A stretch of DNA of 64,000 bases, from contig CP147778.1 of NCBI GenBank assembly GCA_037305845.1, positions 3,512,205 to 3,576,204 on the forward strand, in the 5' to 3' direction. Below, one piece after another: positions 48,797 through 59,235 of the stretch. Below the pieces are notes generated by a model, which did no database searches, had not been told where the DNA came from, and saw nothing but the letters and a program-made list of their open reading frames with translations. Each line of letters starts with the position of its first letter. Within the stretch, counting starts at the first letter, position 1. The translations under genes and the position numbers were made by a program. This DNA is from Candidatus Freyarchaeum deiterrae. Its GTDB lineage: Archaea > Asgardarchaeota > Jordiarchaeia > Jordiarchaeales > Jordiarchaeaceae.

Positions 48797-50445
48797 CCTA
48801 CGCTTATGAAAGTCAGATAGTTTATGTAATACAGCCACACTTGAGCAAAGGGTATTCCAGGAGTGAAGAACAGGTAGAGATGCCAAATTACTCCACCTAT
48901 AAGGAGGGCGAGAGCAATCGTAGTCAGGGCAACAGTGGCCGCCCATCTGAGTCCCAATTCTCTAGTTAACACCGAAAAAGCCGCAACGCATGGGAAATAA
49001 AGGGATATTACCACAGCGTATACGAGCATTTGTATCGGAGTTAGCAGGAGGCCTAGGTTGCTTATTCCTAGTTTTAGTTGTGATAGCACGAGTAGAGTCT
49101 GAATAGTCATCTCTTTACGCAGCACACCATAAATTAGAGTTATACTGGTTAGGGAGGGCAGCCCGAGCCAATTCGCCATAAAAGGTTGCGCAGGCTGAAT
49201 GATAGCGTCCAGAATTTTAAAGTAGGATAACACGCCCAGTATTAGGCTTCCTGCAACCATTAGGGGTAATGCTATGTATACGAATTCTTTGAGTCGGAAC
49301 CAGGTTTTCTTGAGCACTGCACTTGCGGAAGGAATCTGGTAGGGAGGCATCTCCATCACAAGTCCGGGCGAGGATCCGGGTAGAACCTTTGAGAGAATAA
49401 TGCCGCTACCTACTACGACTCCGAATATGACAGAATAAACCATTAGAGCGTACTGTATCCCCACGTAGTAAGCCACGGAACCCAGTATGACAGAAGTTCT
49501 AGCGGAGCAAGGTATCAGAACTATTAGAAACGTTGCGATTAAACGCTGTTTTCTGCTCTCCAGAATACGGGTTCCCATTAATGCTGGAACATTGCAGCCC
49601 AGCGAGGTTAATAGTGGTATTATGGATTTACCGTGTAATCCAAACCGGTGCATTATGTTATCGAGAAGGAAGGCTATTCTGGTGAGGTAGCCTGTATCCT
49701 CCAAGAGAGCCAGAACTATGTAAAATGTTAAGATGTAGGGAATGGCGATGGAGAATATTGCCTCAACTCCTACTACAACTCCGTTGATGAGCAAATCGTT
49801 TATTAAATATGGATAAGGGTAAAGCTGTGGCAAAAGGAGTTTAACCAGCGGTGTGTAGGCTGGGTTGATGTACAGGTAGAGGAGTTGGGTGTAATTGTTG
49901 AATGTGGTGTATCCGAGCACGTTTTGTATGAGCGGTATGATTCCATTTTGAAAAATTCGGTTAACAGTGTCTTCTAAATAGCCGCCGCCGAAAAATAGTA
50001 GAGCAAATATTCCCACGACCACCAGCAGGAGGAAGGGTATTCCCGTGTAGTATGACAAAGTTATACCATCAAGTCTCTCTCTGAAGGAAGGCTTGGTAGT
50101 CCGCTCTGTGCTAACCTTTTTCGCAATTTCCCCTGCAAGAGCGAACCTCTCTTTCGAGATGCGTGTTCCAGACTGCTCGCCGTACTTCCACTCTATCTCA
50201 TTTCTTAGTTTTGAAGCGAATTGCCTAAGAGATGGAGGAATCTCTTCTTTGGAAGCTAACTCTGCTGCTCTCAAATCTCCCTCCAGCAACCACTTGGCAA
50301 CTACTCTGGCAGAAGCCAAGTCTTGGGTATGAAGCTCCCGCATTACTCTTCTTTCTAATCTTCTAATTACTCTTTCAATGTCTGGACTGTAGCCCACGTC
50401 ACTGAATCTATGCTTGTGAGTGAAGCCTATTCTCTCATCTTCCAT
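48793..50445 (-). CDS. feoB: FeoB membrane domain (separate gene)
   Basis: LEDTGYL.R, GCNVPA, PCSAR, MEMPPY and RKE motifs. ATG 50445 follows a GGGGAG RBS just after the G-domain stop. Confidence 0.88.
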   Translation of the reverse strand: MEDERIGFTHKHRFSDVGYSPDIERVIRRLERRVMRELHTQDLASARVVAKWLLEGDLRAAELASKEEIPPSLRQFASKLRNEIEWKYGEQSGTRISKERFALAGEIAKKVSTERTTKPSFRERLDGITLSYYTGIPFLLLVVVGIFALLFFGGGYLEDTVNRIFQNGIIPLIQNVLGYTTFNNYTQLLYLYINPAYTPLVKLLLPQLYPYPYLINDLLINGVVVGVEAIFSIAIPYILTFYIVLALLEDTGYLTRIAFLLDNIMHRFGLHGKSIIPLLTSLGCNVPALMGTRILESRKQRLIATFLIVLIPCSARTSVILGSVAYYVGIQYALMVYSVIFGVVVGSGIILSKVLPGSSPGLVMEMPPYQIPSASAVLKKTWFRLKEFVYIALPLMVAGSLILGVLSYFKILDAIIQPAQPFMANWLGLPSLTSITLIYGVLRKEMTIQTLLVLSQLKLGISNLGLLLTPIQMLVYAVVISLYFPCVAAFSVLTRELGLRWAATVALTTIALALLIGGVIWHLYLFFTPGIPFAQVWLYYINYLTFISVG

Positions 50446-50458
50446 CCCAAGGCTCCCC

Positions 50459-51328
50459 CTATCTACTCGCTTTCCTTTTTGAGGGATTCTTTCCCTTTCT
50501 TTTGGCAATTTTCTTTTTTCCTTGCACTTCAATCCGGGAATTCTCTCTTCCCCTTCTTCTCAAAGGAGTTCCTAATGATCCACTCTCTAAGGGAATGTCT
50601 CCTGGTTTACATGCCGGCACTTCATCTCCGAGACGCAAAGGTTTCCCTTCCTCGTGTAAGTGATGTTCGTCATGTAACTGGCCATGCAAGTGATGAAGCC
50701 CGTGGTGATGATACTGGTGTTCTCTTTTGTGTTCTATAGTAGCTTCTAGGAGAGCGGTTTCTAGGAGTTTCCTCATGTTCTTACCGTGAATTGCAACCGT
50801 GGGAATCACTGGTATACCTAATATGCCTTCAAGCTTCTCCGTATCTATTGAGATACCTCTCTTAGCCGCGAAGTCAACCTGATTTAATGCAATAACCACG
50901 GGAACATTAAGTTCCAATAATTGAAGAGTGAGGTTCAGGTTGCGCTCAAGATTAAGCGCGTTAACCACGTCTATTATGACATCGGGTTTCTCCTCAAGTA
51001 TAGCCCTAACAGCAACCTCCTGATCCTTGGAACCGGCACCAAGAGAATAGGTCCCCGGAAGATCCTTGAACAATATTTTTTGTCCATCGACCTCCATGGT
51101 GCCCTCCATTACCTCTACCGTTGTTCCGGGATAATTTGAAATCATGACGTTTATTCCGGTGAGTTTATTAAAAATAGCCGATTTTCCCACATTGGGGTTA
51201 CCAGCAATATATATTTTGACGAGCTCATCTTCATTCTTACCCTTTCGCTTGGAAGAAAAAAGACCGGGTTGGTGACAGCTAGCAGATCCGGATTCCGCCC
51301 GTTTCCTACCCTTTCTGAATCGCGACAT
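50459..51328 (-). CDS. feoB: FeoB GTPase domain with His-rich tail (separate gene)
   Basis: GNPNVGKS, NYPGTT, DLPGTYSL and NQVD motifs. Confidence 0.9.
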   Translation of the reverse strand: MSRFRKGRKRAESGSASCHQPGLFSSKRKGKNEDELVKIYIAGNPNVGKSAIFNKLTGINVMISNYPGTTVEVMEGTMEVDGQKILFKDLPGTYSLGAGSKDQEVAVRAILEEKPDVIIDVVNALNLERNLNLTLQLLELNVPVVIALNQVDFAAKRGISIDTEKLEGILGIPVIPTVAIHGKNMRKLLETALLEATIEHKREHQYHHHGLHHLHGQLHDEHHLHEEGKPLRLGDEVPACKPGDIPLESGSLGTPLRRRGRENSRIEVQGKKKIAKRKGKNPSKRKASR

Positions 51329-51350
51329 TGTAATCTCTCCTCAAAATTTT

Positions 51351-52031
51351 TTATGCGGGTTTGACTTGAATCTGTTTTGCTATATCATTTCCCACAGCTA
51401 TCTGGCACTTGCCTAAATTCACAAGTAGCGGACCTCCCATGGGAGTCTTCTGCATTACTTTGAGCTTTACACCGGGAAATATACCCAGAGAGCATAGTTG
51501 ATTCAGTAGGTCGGTTCGCTCATTGGAAATTCGGGTAACCTCAACCTCTGAGGGAGGTTCATAATCCGTTAATGGTTGCGAGTTATCTTGTGGGGCGTTT
51601 CCATCTTGGTCAGGTATAATGTTTCCATGGGGGCAGCTAGCAGGGTTGCCGAGAGCTTTATCTAGTTTTTCTAAGACATTTTCAGACAGTGCATGCTCAA
51701 GTTTGCAAGCTTCATCATGTGATTCATCCCAGTTGACGCCTACCACATCAACCAATAATCGCTCCGCTAAACGGTGCTTCCTCACCATGGAAGAGGCTAG
51801 GACTTTACCCTTTTTCGTCAGCTTCACGCCTTTGTAAGGCTCGTAATCGACCAAGCCCTTTTTGCTCAGAGTTTCTGAGACCATCTCTGTTACTGAGGAT
51901 GGCGAAACTCCGAGGTCTTTGGCTAAATCGGTGGTTTTGACCCTTTTCTTGCCTGACTCTTCAAAACGGTAAATTCTTTCCAAATATTCCTCTTCGCTTG
52001 AGGTAGCCTTTACCATACGAACCACCTTCAT
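51351..52031 (-). CDS. DtxR/MntR family metal-dependent repressor with FeoA/SH3 domain
   Basis: EEYLE.IY, RKHRLAE, ACKLEH and CPHGN.IP motifs. Confidence 0.93.
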   Translation of the reverse strand: MKVVRMVKATSSEEEYLERIYRFEESGKKRVKTTDLAKDLGVSPSSVTEMVSETLSKKGLVDYEPYKGVKLTKKGKVLASSMVRKHRLAERLLVDVVGVNWDESHDEACKLEHALSENVLEKLDKALGNPASCPHGNIIPDQDGNAPQDNSQPLTDYEPPSEVEVTRISNERTDLLNQLCSLGIFPGVKLKVMQKTPMGGPLLVNLGKCQIAVGNDIAKQIQVKPA

Positions 52032-52042
52032 TATCTATAAAT

Positions 52043-52092
52043 AATTTAGGTAACCCTAAATTTTTCCACAATGAGGTTTAGGCTCACCTAAA
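52043..52092. promoter_or_regulatory. Two DtxR-type operator palindromes
   Basis: aatttagg-taac-cctaaatt (52043..52062) and tttagg-ctca-cctaaa (52077..52092). Confidence 0.8.
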
Positions 52093-52159
52093 TATTTAAA
52101 TATTGTGGTAGAAGAGGAATCAAAACTTATCCCCTTTGCTGGCCGGGATAAACCCAAAA

Positions 52160-52561
52160 CTAGTCTGATGATAATTTTCCCAAATATCTGGACTTCTTAA
52201 CGGTTTGAGAGGTAACCTCCTCAACCTTACCCTTGGAGAGAACAAAGTGCCTTGCCTCTATATCGGAGCCTGAAATTTTCTTCGCTTCTTCCACAGCGTA
52301 GTGAAGCTGTATGCAGTGAGGCGAACCGTCAACGGTTAGAACGGATATACTTCTGGGAGGCTCATCAAGCCTCAGCATACTGGCTATTTTGTAAACCAGC
52401 ATATTGAGGTGCTCCGACTCCAAGCAAACCCAGAGAAGAGTCCTGCCCTCACTGAACTCTCGAAAAATGTTGGGATGCTCTTTTTCTATGCATACACTGT
52501 AGAACAGTAAATCTTTTCCCCGAACCATTTTACTTCCAGCATTGGTTTCCAGCAAACGCAA
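52160..52561 (-). CDS. Cys/His protein resembling the C-terminal domain of Fe-S cluster-binding proteins
   Basis: C...CLE...TVDGSPHC. Confidence 0.6.
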   Translation of the reverse strand: MRLLETNAGSKMVRGKDLLFYSVCIEKEHPNIFREFSEGRTLLWVCLESEHLNMLVYKIASMLRLDEPPRSISVLTVDGSPHCIQLHYAVEEAKKISGSDIEARHFVLSKGKVEEVTSQTVKKSRYLGKLSSD

Positions 52562-52884
52562 TTTTTACCCTCCAAAAAAACAAATAGTAAGTTCTGATTT
52601 CCCTGAAAAAGGAGCCCTCCAGTTAATTAACTTTTTTCCAGGTCCAGCAACTAACAACATCCCTATTCTAGAATAGCTACCGAGATAGTAAATTACGGTT
52701 CAAGGTCTCAAAGGTAGAGTATAAATCTGCATAAAACAAAAGAACCATTTATAGGACAGGAAGAAGCGAATTTCTAGCTTCAAGTTGAAAGAGAACACAT
52801 TTATGGCTCCATCTGACGAGTAACGCTAAAAATCGCTTCAATGACCAATCAATCCGTATCGCTCGCTGTTTCACGCTTTAGGTT

Positions 52885-53685
52885 TTAGAGTTTGCATAGA
52901 GGGCAAACAAGGGTATCTTGGACGAGGCATCCGGTACAGGAGGAACCTTTTTCTCTCTTCTCTTTACAGAGAAATGATTTTAGTTGAGTGTAGTTTATCA
53001 TAACTTCTTCCTGAGTTTTCAACTCCAAATCGTTGAAGCAGCCCTCAGTTTTGCATAACCAGTCCTCTATTTCTCGCCTATTTCTAGGATCCAAATCTCG
53101 TGGAGTAAGTTTGAGCAAATCTATGGGCTCATTGGCTGTCGTGTCTTCTCTTAAGTTGTGGGCTATGATGACCTTTCTTCCTCCATCAGGTGTGATGGAA
53201 GAGGCTTGTTTGCGTTTATCCAATTCTCTTGTAAAGACCGAGACTTTGACGTGTTTCTCATCATCTATACTGCCTCGGGCTGGGCGGTATCCTCCGAATC
53301 CCTCCCTCGGCGGTTTCCCTGCGTTCAGGTCTTCTTTGACAAGAAAGCTAGCAGGTTCTAGACGCCGCTTCACGGGTTGTCTGGGTGGAGGAATTGGAGT
53401 TAAACTTGTTGAAGATGAGCTTTCTGAGGACGTCCCGGATGCAGGTAGTATCTGCAAAGCAGCCTCGTTTCCAAAGCTTGAGGATGTGGATAATTTCTCG
53501 AGATTTTCCAGTCTGCATTCGATATCAGTCATTCTTTGATTCATTGCAGCGAATTCTCGGTTCATCTGCTCTATATATTGGTCAAAAGCTCCTGCAATCT
53601 TTTCCATTCCCTGTTCAAGTACCTTTAAATTCAGAACTTTTAGGGTTTCTTCTACCTTTTTTTCTGCTCCCATTAAAGCACCCAC
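52885..53685 (-). CDS. Hypothetical: coiled coil, disordered linker, Cys-rich C-terminus
   Basis: Heptads at the N-terminus; CTGC...CPLC at the end. Confidence 0.65.
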   Translation of the reverse strand: MGALMGAEKKVEETLKVLNLKVLEQGMEKIAGAFDQYIEQMNREFAAMNQRMTDIECRLENLEKLSTSSSFGNEAALQILPASGTSSESSSSTSLTPIPPPRQPVKRRLEPASFLVKEDLNAGKPPREGFGGYRPARGSIDDEKHVKVSVFTRELDKRKQASSITPDGGRKVIIAHNLREDTTANEPIDLLKLTPRDLDPRNRREIEDWLCKTEGCFNDLELKTQEEVMINYTQLKSFLCKEKREKGSSCTGCLVQDTLVCPLCKL

Positions 53686-53899
53686 CTAATAAAATATGAA
53701 GTATTTACTGTATATATTTAATTTTCGGATTAAAAAAATCTTTGCTTCGCTACAAAATGAGCCCCTTTATAAATGCAGAAGCCATTACCTCGATATGCTA
53801 GACTAAGCTTTAGGGGCTTGTTCGCAAATACTCATTTTCCAAAGCCAAAACCAACCGTAGTTAGGTGAAATTGAATTTGTTATGTGGTGGGTGGGTTGG

Positions 53900-54697
53900 T
53901 TAGTGTTTTTTGAGAAATTCAAGGGTTGTTTTGTTGAATTCCTTCGCTCTTTCCAAGCTGAGGCTGTGTGCGCATCCTTGAAGTACTTTCAGTTCCGCGT
54001 TCGGAATTTTGGAGGCTAGCTCTTCGGAGCACCAGACTGGTGCCAGAATGTCTCTGTTTCCCACTAGGATAAGTGTGGGAGCCTTAATTTCTTTTAGTCT
54101 CTTGGTTGCATCGAATTTTTCTATTGCATTGCATTGGCGGATGAACGCATCCGGAGGTTGAATGTAGGGATATTTTACAAGCTGTTCTATTACCATTTTT
54201 ACGAGAGACTTGCTCTCCAGGGTTTCACGGGTAAAAGTCCAAACGAGTATATCCTCTATGAATAGTTCACGGGGGACGGTTTTGATTAGTTCCTTCCAGA
54301 TAGTTAAGACACTTAACCACCTGGCCCCCCGAGGCATTGTGGCGCATAGAATAAGGCTTCTCACCATTTCAGGGTAGTTTAGAGCAAAGGTCTGTGCTAT
54401 CATGCCTCCCATGCTTCCACCGAGTATGTGGGCTTCTTTTACTCCAAGCTTGTTCAGAAGGTTGTAAGTGTCCTCGGCTAAAGTGTCCACTGTGTATTCG
54501 ATGTCTGTTTTGGAGGTTCTTCCTGAATCTCTGTTATCAAAGGCTATTACCCTGTATTTCTTGGAGAATGGGGGTATCTGGAGAATCGAACCCGAAAGGT
54601 CGCCTCCCAGACCCGCAATCAGAACCAGGGGAACCTCATTTTTTTCTCCATGTATCTCGTAGTAAATTTCAAAATCGTCAATTTTCATCACTGGCAT
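53900..54697 (-). CDS. Alpha/beta hydrolase
   Basis: GGSMGG, D (GNRD) and H (CAH) triad. Confidence 0.92.
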   Translation of the reverse strand: MPVMKIDDFEIYYEIHGEKNEVPLVLIAGLGGDLSGSILQIPPFSKKYRVIAFDNRDSGRTSKTDIEYTVDTLAEDTYNLLNKLGVKEAHILGGSMGGMIAQTFALNYPEMVRSLILCATMPRGARWLSVLTIWKELIKTVPRELFIEDILVWTFTRETLESKSLVKMVIEQLVKYPYIQPPDAFIRQCNAIEKFDATKRLKEIKAPTLILVGNRDILAPVWCSEELASKIPNAELKVLQGCAHSLSLERAKEFNKTTLEFLKKH

Positions 54698-55073
54698 TTA
54701 TAGCGCCTCTCTAACTAGTTTGTATTTTAAAGTTTAAAAATTATGTAGGTAGTTATCTGTAGTTTGTCAGATTTAATATTTTAGTCCCCCGAACTTCTAC
54801 AATTACGGCGAAATGATGCTCCCGGTGGCAGCTTTTTTCCACATAAACCACTGAAACCAAGAGAGGCAAGAAGGAGACATCTGCCAGCTTAAATCATTGT
54901 TTCACAGAAGAAAAAAGGCTATAAGAAGTAGGGTATCCTCATGCTTCAACTAAATTATATTCCGCTTTTAAGAATGAGTGTTTTCGTGCACAGCAGAATG
55001 ATTAGTGTTTTTCGAAAGTTATGAAAATGTAAAAACTTCTTGTCCTAAAAAAGCAACTAATACTTTAGGGTTA

Positions 55074-55889
55074 TTACACGAAACTTATGTTCATAATCAT
55101 GGCTAGCATTCCTCCATCCACTGGCAGAATTGCTCCTGTTATATAGTCAGAGGCTTGGGATACTAGCAAGAGAGCCGCGGCTTTGATTTCGTCGGGATTT
55201 CCTTCTCTTCTCAGGGGAATCGCGGAGCATACATTTTTTTCAAGTCCTTGTTTGAATGTGAATTCGGTCATGTGGGTTCTGATGAATCCTGGGAGGATTG
55301 CGTTCACGTTTATGCCGTATTTTGCCCATTTTACTGCGAGGTCCTTTGTCAGGGTTATTAGGCCTGCCTTGGAGGCATTGTAGGCGGGTACTGGCATGAA
55401 TTCTTCCGGTATGCCTCCCATTCCCGCTGTTGAGGAGATGTTGAGTATTTTGCCCTTCTTATTATTCTCTACCCAGTAATTGGCAACTTTTTGGGAGAGG
55501 AAAAAGGCAGCCTTAAGATTGACTCTCATTATCTTGTCCCACTTCTCCTCAGAGTATTCCAGAGAGGGCATACCCCAAGTCATCCCTGAATTGTTAACAA
55601 GGATGTGGATATCGTTGAATTCCTTCAAAGTTTTTTCAACTAGGTTGTTAATGTCTTCCATTTTTTCAACATCGCATTGGACAGGAAAAACTCGAGTCCT
55701 GTGGCTTGAAAGCTCCGTAGCAGTCTTTTCCAAAGCATCTAACTTACGGGAAGCAATAACAACATTGGCACCGGCCTCAACTAACCCCTCGGTGATGGCT
55801 CTTCCGATTCCCCTTCCGCCGCCAGTAACAATAGCCACTTTACCATCCAATCTAAATAAATCCATAACGTTCATAGAAACACCCTTCAT
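55074..55889 (-). CDS. Short-chain dehydrogenase/reductase
   Basis: TGGGRGIG, NNSG and YNASK motifs. Confidence 0.94.
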   Translation of the reverse strand: MKGVSMNVMDLFRLDGKVAIVTGGGRGIGRAITEGLVEAGANVVIASRKLDALEKTATELSSHRTRVFPVQCDVEKMEDINNLVEKTLKEFNDIHILVNNSGMTWGMPSLEYSEEKWDKIMRVNLKAAFFLSQKVANYWVENNKKGKILNISSTAGMGGIPEEFMPVPAYNASKAGLITLTKDLAVKWAKYGINVNAILPGFIRTHMTEFTFKQGLEKNVCSAIPLRREGNPDEIKAAALLLVSQASDYITGAILPVDGGMLAMIMNISFV

Positions 55890-56021
55890 TAATAATTATG
55901 CGTAAACCGCGAGATTGAAACATCTGTATGAAGTTTATTTTGAATACTATTTCGGATATTATAAAGATAACGAGAAAGAACAAAAACTAAATAAGAAGTG
56001 TTTTCGTGCACAGCAGGATGA

Positions 56022-56759
56022 CTAGTGTTTTTGGAGAAAGTCGAGAACAGCTTTGTTGAACGCCCACCATTTTTCCAAGAAGTTAGCATGACCACTTCCC
56101 CATAGTACTTTAAACTCCGCATCTGGGATTTTGGAGGCCATCTCCCTAGCAGACCATATGGGTACGACATTGTCTCGGTCCCCAGCTAGAACCAGTGTGG
56201 GGGCTTTAATTTCATTCAGTCGCTCCGTCACGTCGAATTTTTCTATTGCTTCGCATTGACGGTAAAATTCCTTTGGCAGTTGGAGGTAGAAGTATTTTGT
56301 AAGTTGTTCTACGATGGGGTTTTTTGCTTGCAGTGTGATAGTCTCGATTAGCTCATTCCACATTTTCATGACGCCCAATCCCTTTGGTCCGCGTGGAATG
56401 GTGGAGCAGAGAATCAAGCTTCTCACTTTTTCAGGGTAGTTTAGAGCAAAAGACTGGGCAATCATGCCGCCCATGCTAAAACCAAGAATGTGAGATTTTT
56501 CCAATCCTAATTTATTCAAGAGATTGTATGTGTCCGCAGCCATAGTGTCGATAGTGTAGCTGATTTCTGTTTTAGAGGTTCTACCAGAATCCCTGTTGTC
56601 AAAGGCGATTACCCGGTATTTCTTAGAAAATTCGGGTATTTGCAGAACCCATAGTCGAGCGTCAGAACCTAGTCCCATAATCAGTACTAGAGGAATCTTG
56701 TTTTCTTCCCCGTGAATCTCGTAGTATATTTCAAGATCTTTAATCTTCATTGTTGGCAT
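56022..56759 (-). CDS. Alpha/beta hydrolase, paralog of 53900..54697
   Basis: GFSMGG, GDRD and SGH; about 20 aa shorter in the cap region. Confidence 0.9.
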   Translation of the reverse strand: MPTMKIKDLEIYYEIHGEENKIPLVLIMGLGSDARLWVLQIPEFSKKYRVIAFDNRDSGRTSKTEISYTIDTMAADTYNLLNKLGLEKSHILGFSMGGMIAQSFALNYPEKVRSLILCSTIPRGPKGLGVMKMWNELIETITLQAKNPIVEQLTKYFYLQLPKEFYRQCEAIEKFDVTERLNEIKAPTLVLAGDRDNVVPIWSAREMASKIPDAEFKVLWGSGHANFLEKWWAFNKAVLDFLQKH

Positions 56760-57065
56760 TTATACCTCGTCTCTTACCTTACTATTTGAGAGCCTTTTTA
56801 GAGTCTCATTTTATATATTGATTCATGTTAAATTTGCTTAAAATACAAAAAAAGGATATAAAAATTTTGGCAAATACATTAAAACTAATCAGCAAACCCA
56901 ACCGTCTCCCCTAATTCTTTCCATGATTTAAACCATGAGCTTTTTTAACGACAGTTATGTAAATTCTGCGGAGAAAAGTAGTGAAGCCAAATTATGATTT
57001 GGAATATTCTAAAAAATGCGGTAAACTTTAGAAAATTCTGAAAAACTTATCCTCTGAATAAACGA

Positions 57066-57788
57066 TTATACCATATAACATCTCATTATGCATTGTGGTT
57101 CACTAAATTTTAAGACAGAGTAGTCCCATTCATAACCTGTACCCATTTTGAGAAATTGGCATACGTACATTGTGGAACCACACATAATTTTGCCATCTGA
57201 CCGTTTTAACAAGCCGTAATCCGCAGCTTTTTTACATCCGTTAAAGTAGAAACAGCCTCCGTGAAGTATGTCTACGCTTTCATCTTCATTCTTCCTGTAT
57301 CCGAATTCAATTGGAGCAATCTTCATTCTAACCGCGAGCTGGCGGAGCTTTGCTAGTATCTTGTCTACATCGGCTTTTTGCGGTTGTTTCATGTTGTCAT
57401 CCGATTCCTCTACCCTTTTTGTAACACCTCTATACATGAGTTTGGTTCCAGCCGCCAGAGAGCCTTCGAACTTTTTTTCAGTCGCAAACTGGGCCCCAAG
57501 CAATATTTCGAACGGGGGTATTGATAGTTTTTCCGATATTGAGATTAGATACTCCTTCAGCTGGTCTAGGGTTTTAATATCTTCGGGCATTGATCCGTTT
57601 TTGAGATTCTTAGATATCGCGTTTCTAGCGTATTTTATGAATGTGGTGGTGAATGCTGGACCGTACAATTTTTCTCTTTCCTTTGCCCCTATTGTATTTA
57701 TCTCCATGCTGTTCCTGACATCCAGTTTTTGGTATGGGGCCTTCTCGAACATTATAAATTCAGATAGCTTTTGTTTTTCCTCTTTCAC
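57066..57788 (-). CDS. Protein with C-terminal V4R/output-like Cys domain
   Basis: CFYFNGC...MC...C. Confidence 0.55.
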   Translation of the reverse strand: MKEEKQKLSEFIMFEKAPYQKLDVRNSMEINTIGAKEREKLYGPAFTTTFIKYARNAISKNLKNGSMPEDIKTLDQLKEYLISISEKLSIPPFEILLGAQFATEKKFEGSLAAGTKLMYRGVTKRVEESDDNMKQPQKADVDKILAKLRQLAVRMKIAPIEFGYRKNEDESVDILHGGCFYFNGCKKAADYGLLKRSDGKIMCGSTMYVCQFLKMGTGYEWDYSVLKFSEPQCIMRCYMV

Positions 57789-58018
57789 TTTCCACCCTTC
57801 TAATTTATCTTACGTTTGTTGTCGTTGGTTATTTTTTTCATCATATTCTGTATTAATACAACATAATTAATAATTTAAATCTTTTTATTAATTACTTCTT
57901 TATACTTGGTATATATTGAGTTACGTGGAAAAAAAGAGACCTTTAGGACTTAAAAAAAGGAGAGGTATAATCCCAGGTTTTACATAAGAATTAATCGATA
58001 CGAGTTCGTGAATTTAAT

Positions 58019-58315
58019 TTATTTTACGGCTTTTAATTTGCTCTCGGCTGTTGCATCCTTATCTTTACGGTCGTCTATACTTAGGGTAGTTATTACTCTC
58101 TTAGCACCCATTTTTAGAATCGTTTCATGTGCCAATTTAGTAGCTTCAAAGATTTCGTCCAGTGTTTTTGCCTCTATCACAGAAGAAGTAGCGCCCGGTG
58201 TAATTTTTACGCCAGAGTCCTTTAGTGCTTTTATCGCCCCTTTAACATACTTCGCTAAACTTGTTCCTTCCCCAACGGGAAAAGTTGTTAACTCCGCTAT
58301 TATCATTTTAACCAC
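58019..58315 (-). CDS. MTH1187/YkoF thiamine-binding family protein
   Basis: PVGEGTSLAKYV...RVITTLSIDDRKD. Confidence 0.9.
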   Translation of the reverse strand: MVKMIIAELTTFPVGEGTSLAKYVKGAIKALKDSGVKITPGATSSVIEAKTLDEIFEATKLAHETILKMGAKRVITTLSIDDRKDKDATAESKLKAVK

Positions 58316-58353
58316 GGAAAAGATATTAACAATCCTTCCTTATACGATTTATT

Positions 58354-59163
58354 ATGACTCATTACCGAATGCCCAAGGGTATGAGGTACTCCACACTGGA
58401 AGAGAGAAGAGAGTACTATGATAAAGAGTTCCCCCCGAAAAGAGTCGCAGAATGGTTAGGAGGTAGGAAGAACACTGTTTTTGCTCTGATTCCCGGAAGA
58501 CACACGGGCATCGTTCTTCCCGAATATAAAGACATAATAAACAACACCGTCGTAGTTAACGACTACGGGGACCTGGAAGGTCTCAGAGAGTACATCATCC
58601 AGTATCTTCCAGAGGGAGTATATTACGACAGAAACCTATACTCGGATATTGAAGCATGTGACAAGTGTGAGATGGAGCCTCGGAACTGCTGGAACTGTAA
58701 ATACTTTCTTGGACAGGAATTAGCCTTCGACCTCGACCCAGAGAATGTGGTCTGCCCCTATCACGGAAACTATGAAAAGAAAATGGAGAAACATCAGGGA
58801 CTCAGTTTCTGCATGTACGAATTCAAAACAGTAAGACGAAAGGCACTGGAGCTCTACGAGGAACTGAGCCGAGAATACTCGGAATTAAGATTCGTATACT
58901 CGGGCAGGGGGTTCCACATCCATGTTTTGGACAGCGAAGCGATAAAGACCGGGAAGGAGGAGAGGGAGAAAATAGCTGAAAAATGGGCGAAAAAATATCC
59001 CATCGATCCCTGGGTGACTAGCGGAGAAATGAGGCTGATAAGGCTCCCCTACTCACTACACGCGATGGTCTCCAGAATCTGCATTCCCCTAAACCTTGAG
59101 GAAATAAAAAGTTTCGACCCTAGAAAGGATAAAAAGTGTTTCCCTTCGTTTCTAAAAATGTAA
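58354..59163 (+). CDS. Archaeo-eukaryotic primase small-subunit-like protein
   Basis: ELAFDLD, YSGRGFHIH and ID..V...RLIRLPYSLH motifs. Confidence 0.85.
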   Translation: MTHYRMPKGMRYSTLEERREYYDKEFPPKRVAEWLGGRKNTVFALIPGRHTGIVLPEYKDIINNTVVVNDYGDLEGLREYIIQYLPEGVYYDRNLYSDIEACDKCEMEPRNCWNCKYFLGQELAFDLDPENVVCPYHGNYEKKMEKHQGLSFCMYEFKTVRRKALELYEELSREYSELRFVYSGRGFHIHVLDSEAIKTGKEEREKIAEKWAKKYPIDPWVTSGEMRLIRLPYSLHAMVSRICIPLNLEEIKSFDPRKDKKCFPSFLKM

Positions 59164-59235
59164 TGGGCTAGTCGTATAAATTTGCGTAGGTAATATAAAC
59201 TATTAGGAGTTCTCTGCTTTAAATTAGGAGAAGAA

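Noticed and set aside
50446-50532. Programmed frameshift or pseudogene in feoB
   Set aside because: A stop followed by an RBS and ATG explains the split more simply.
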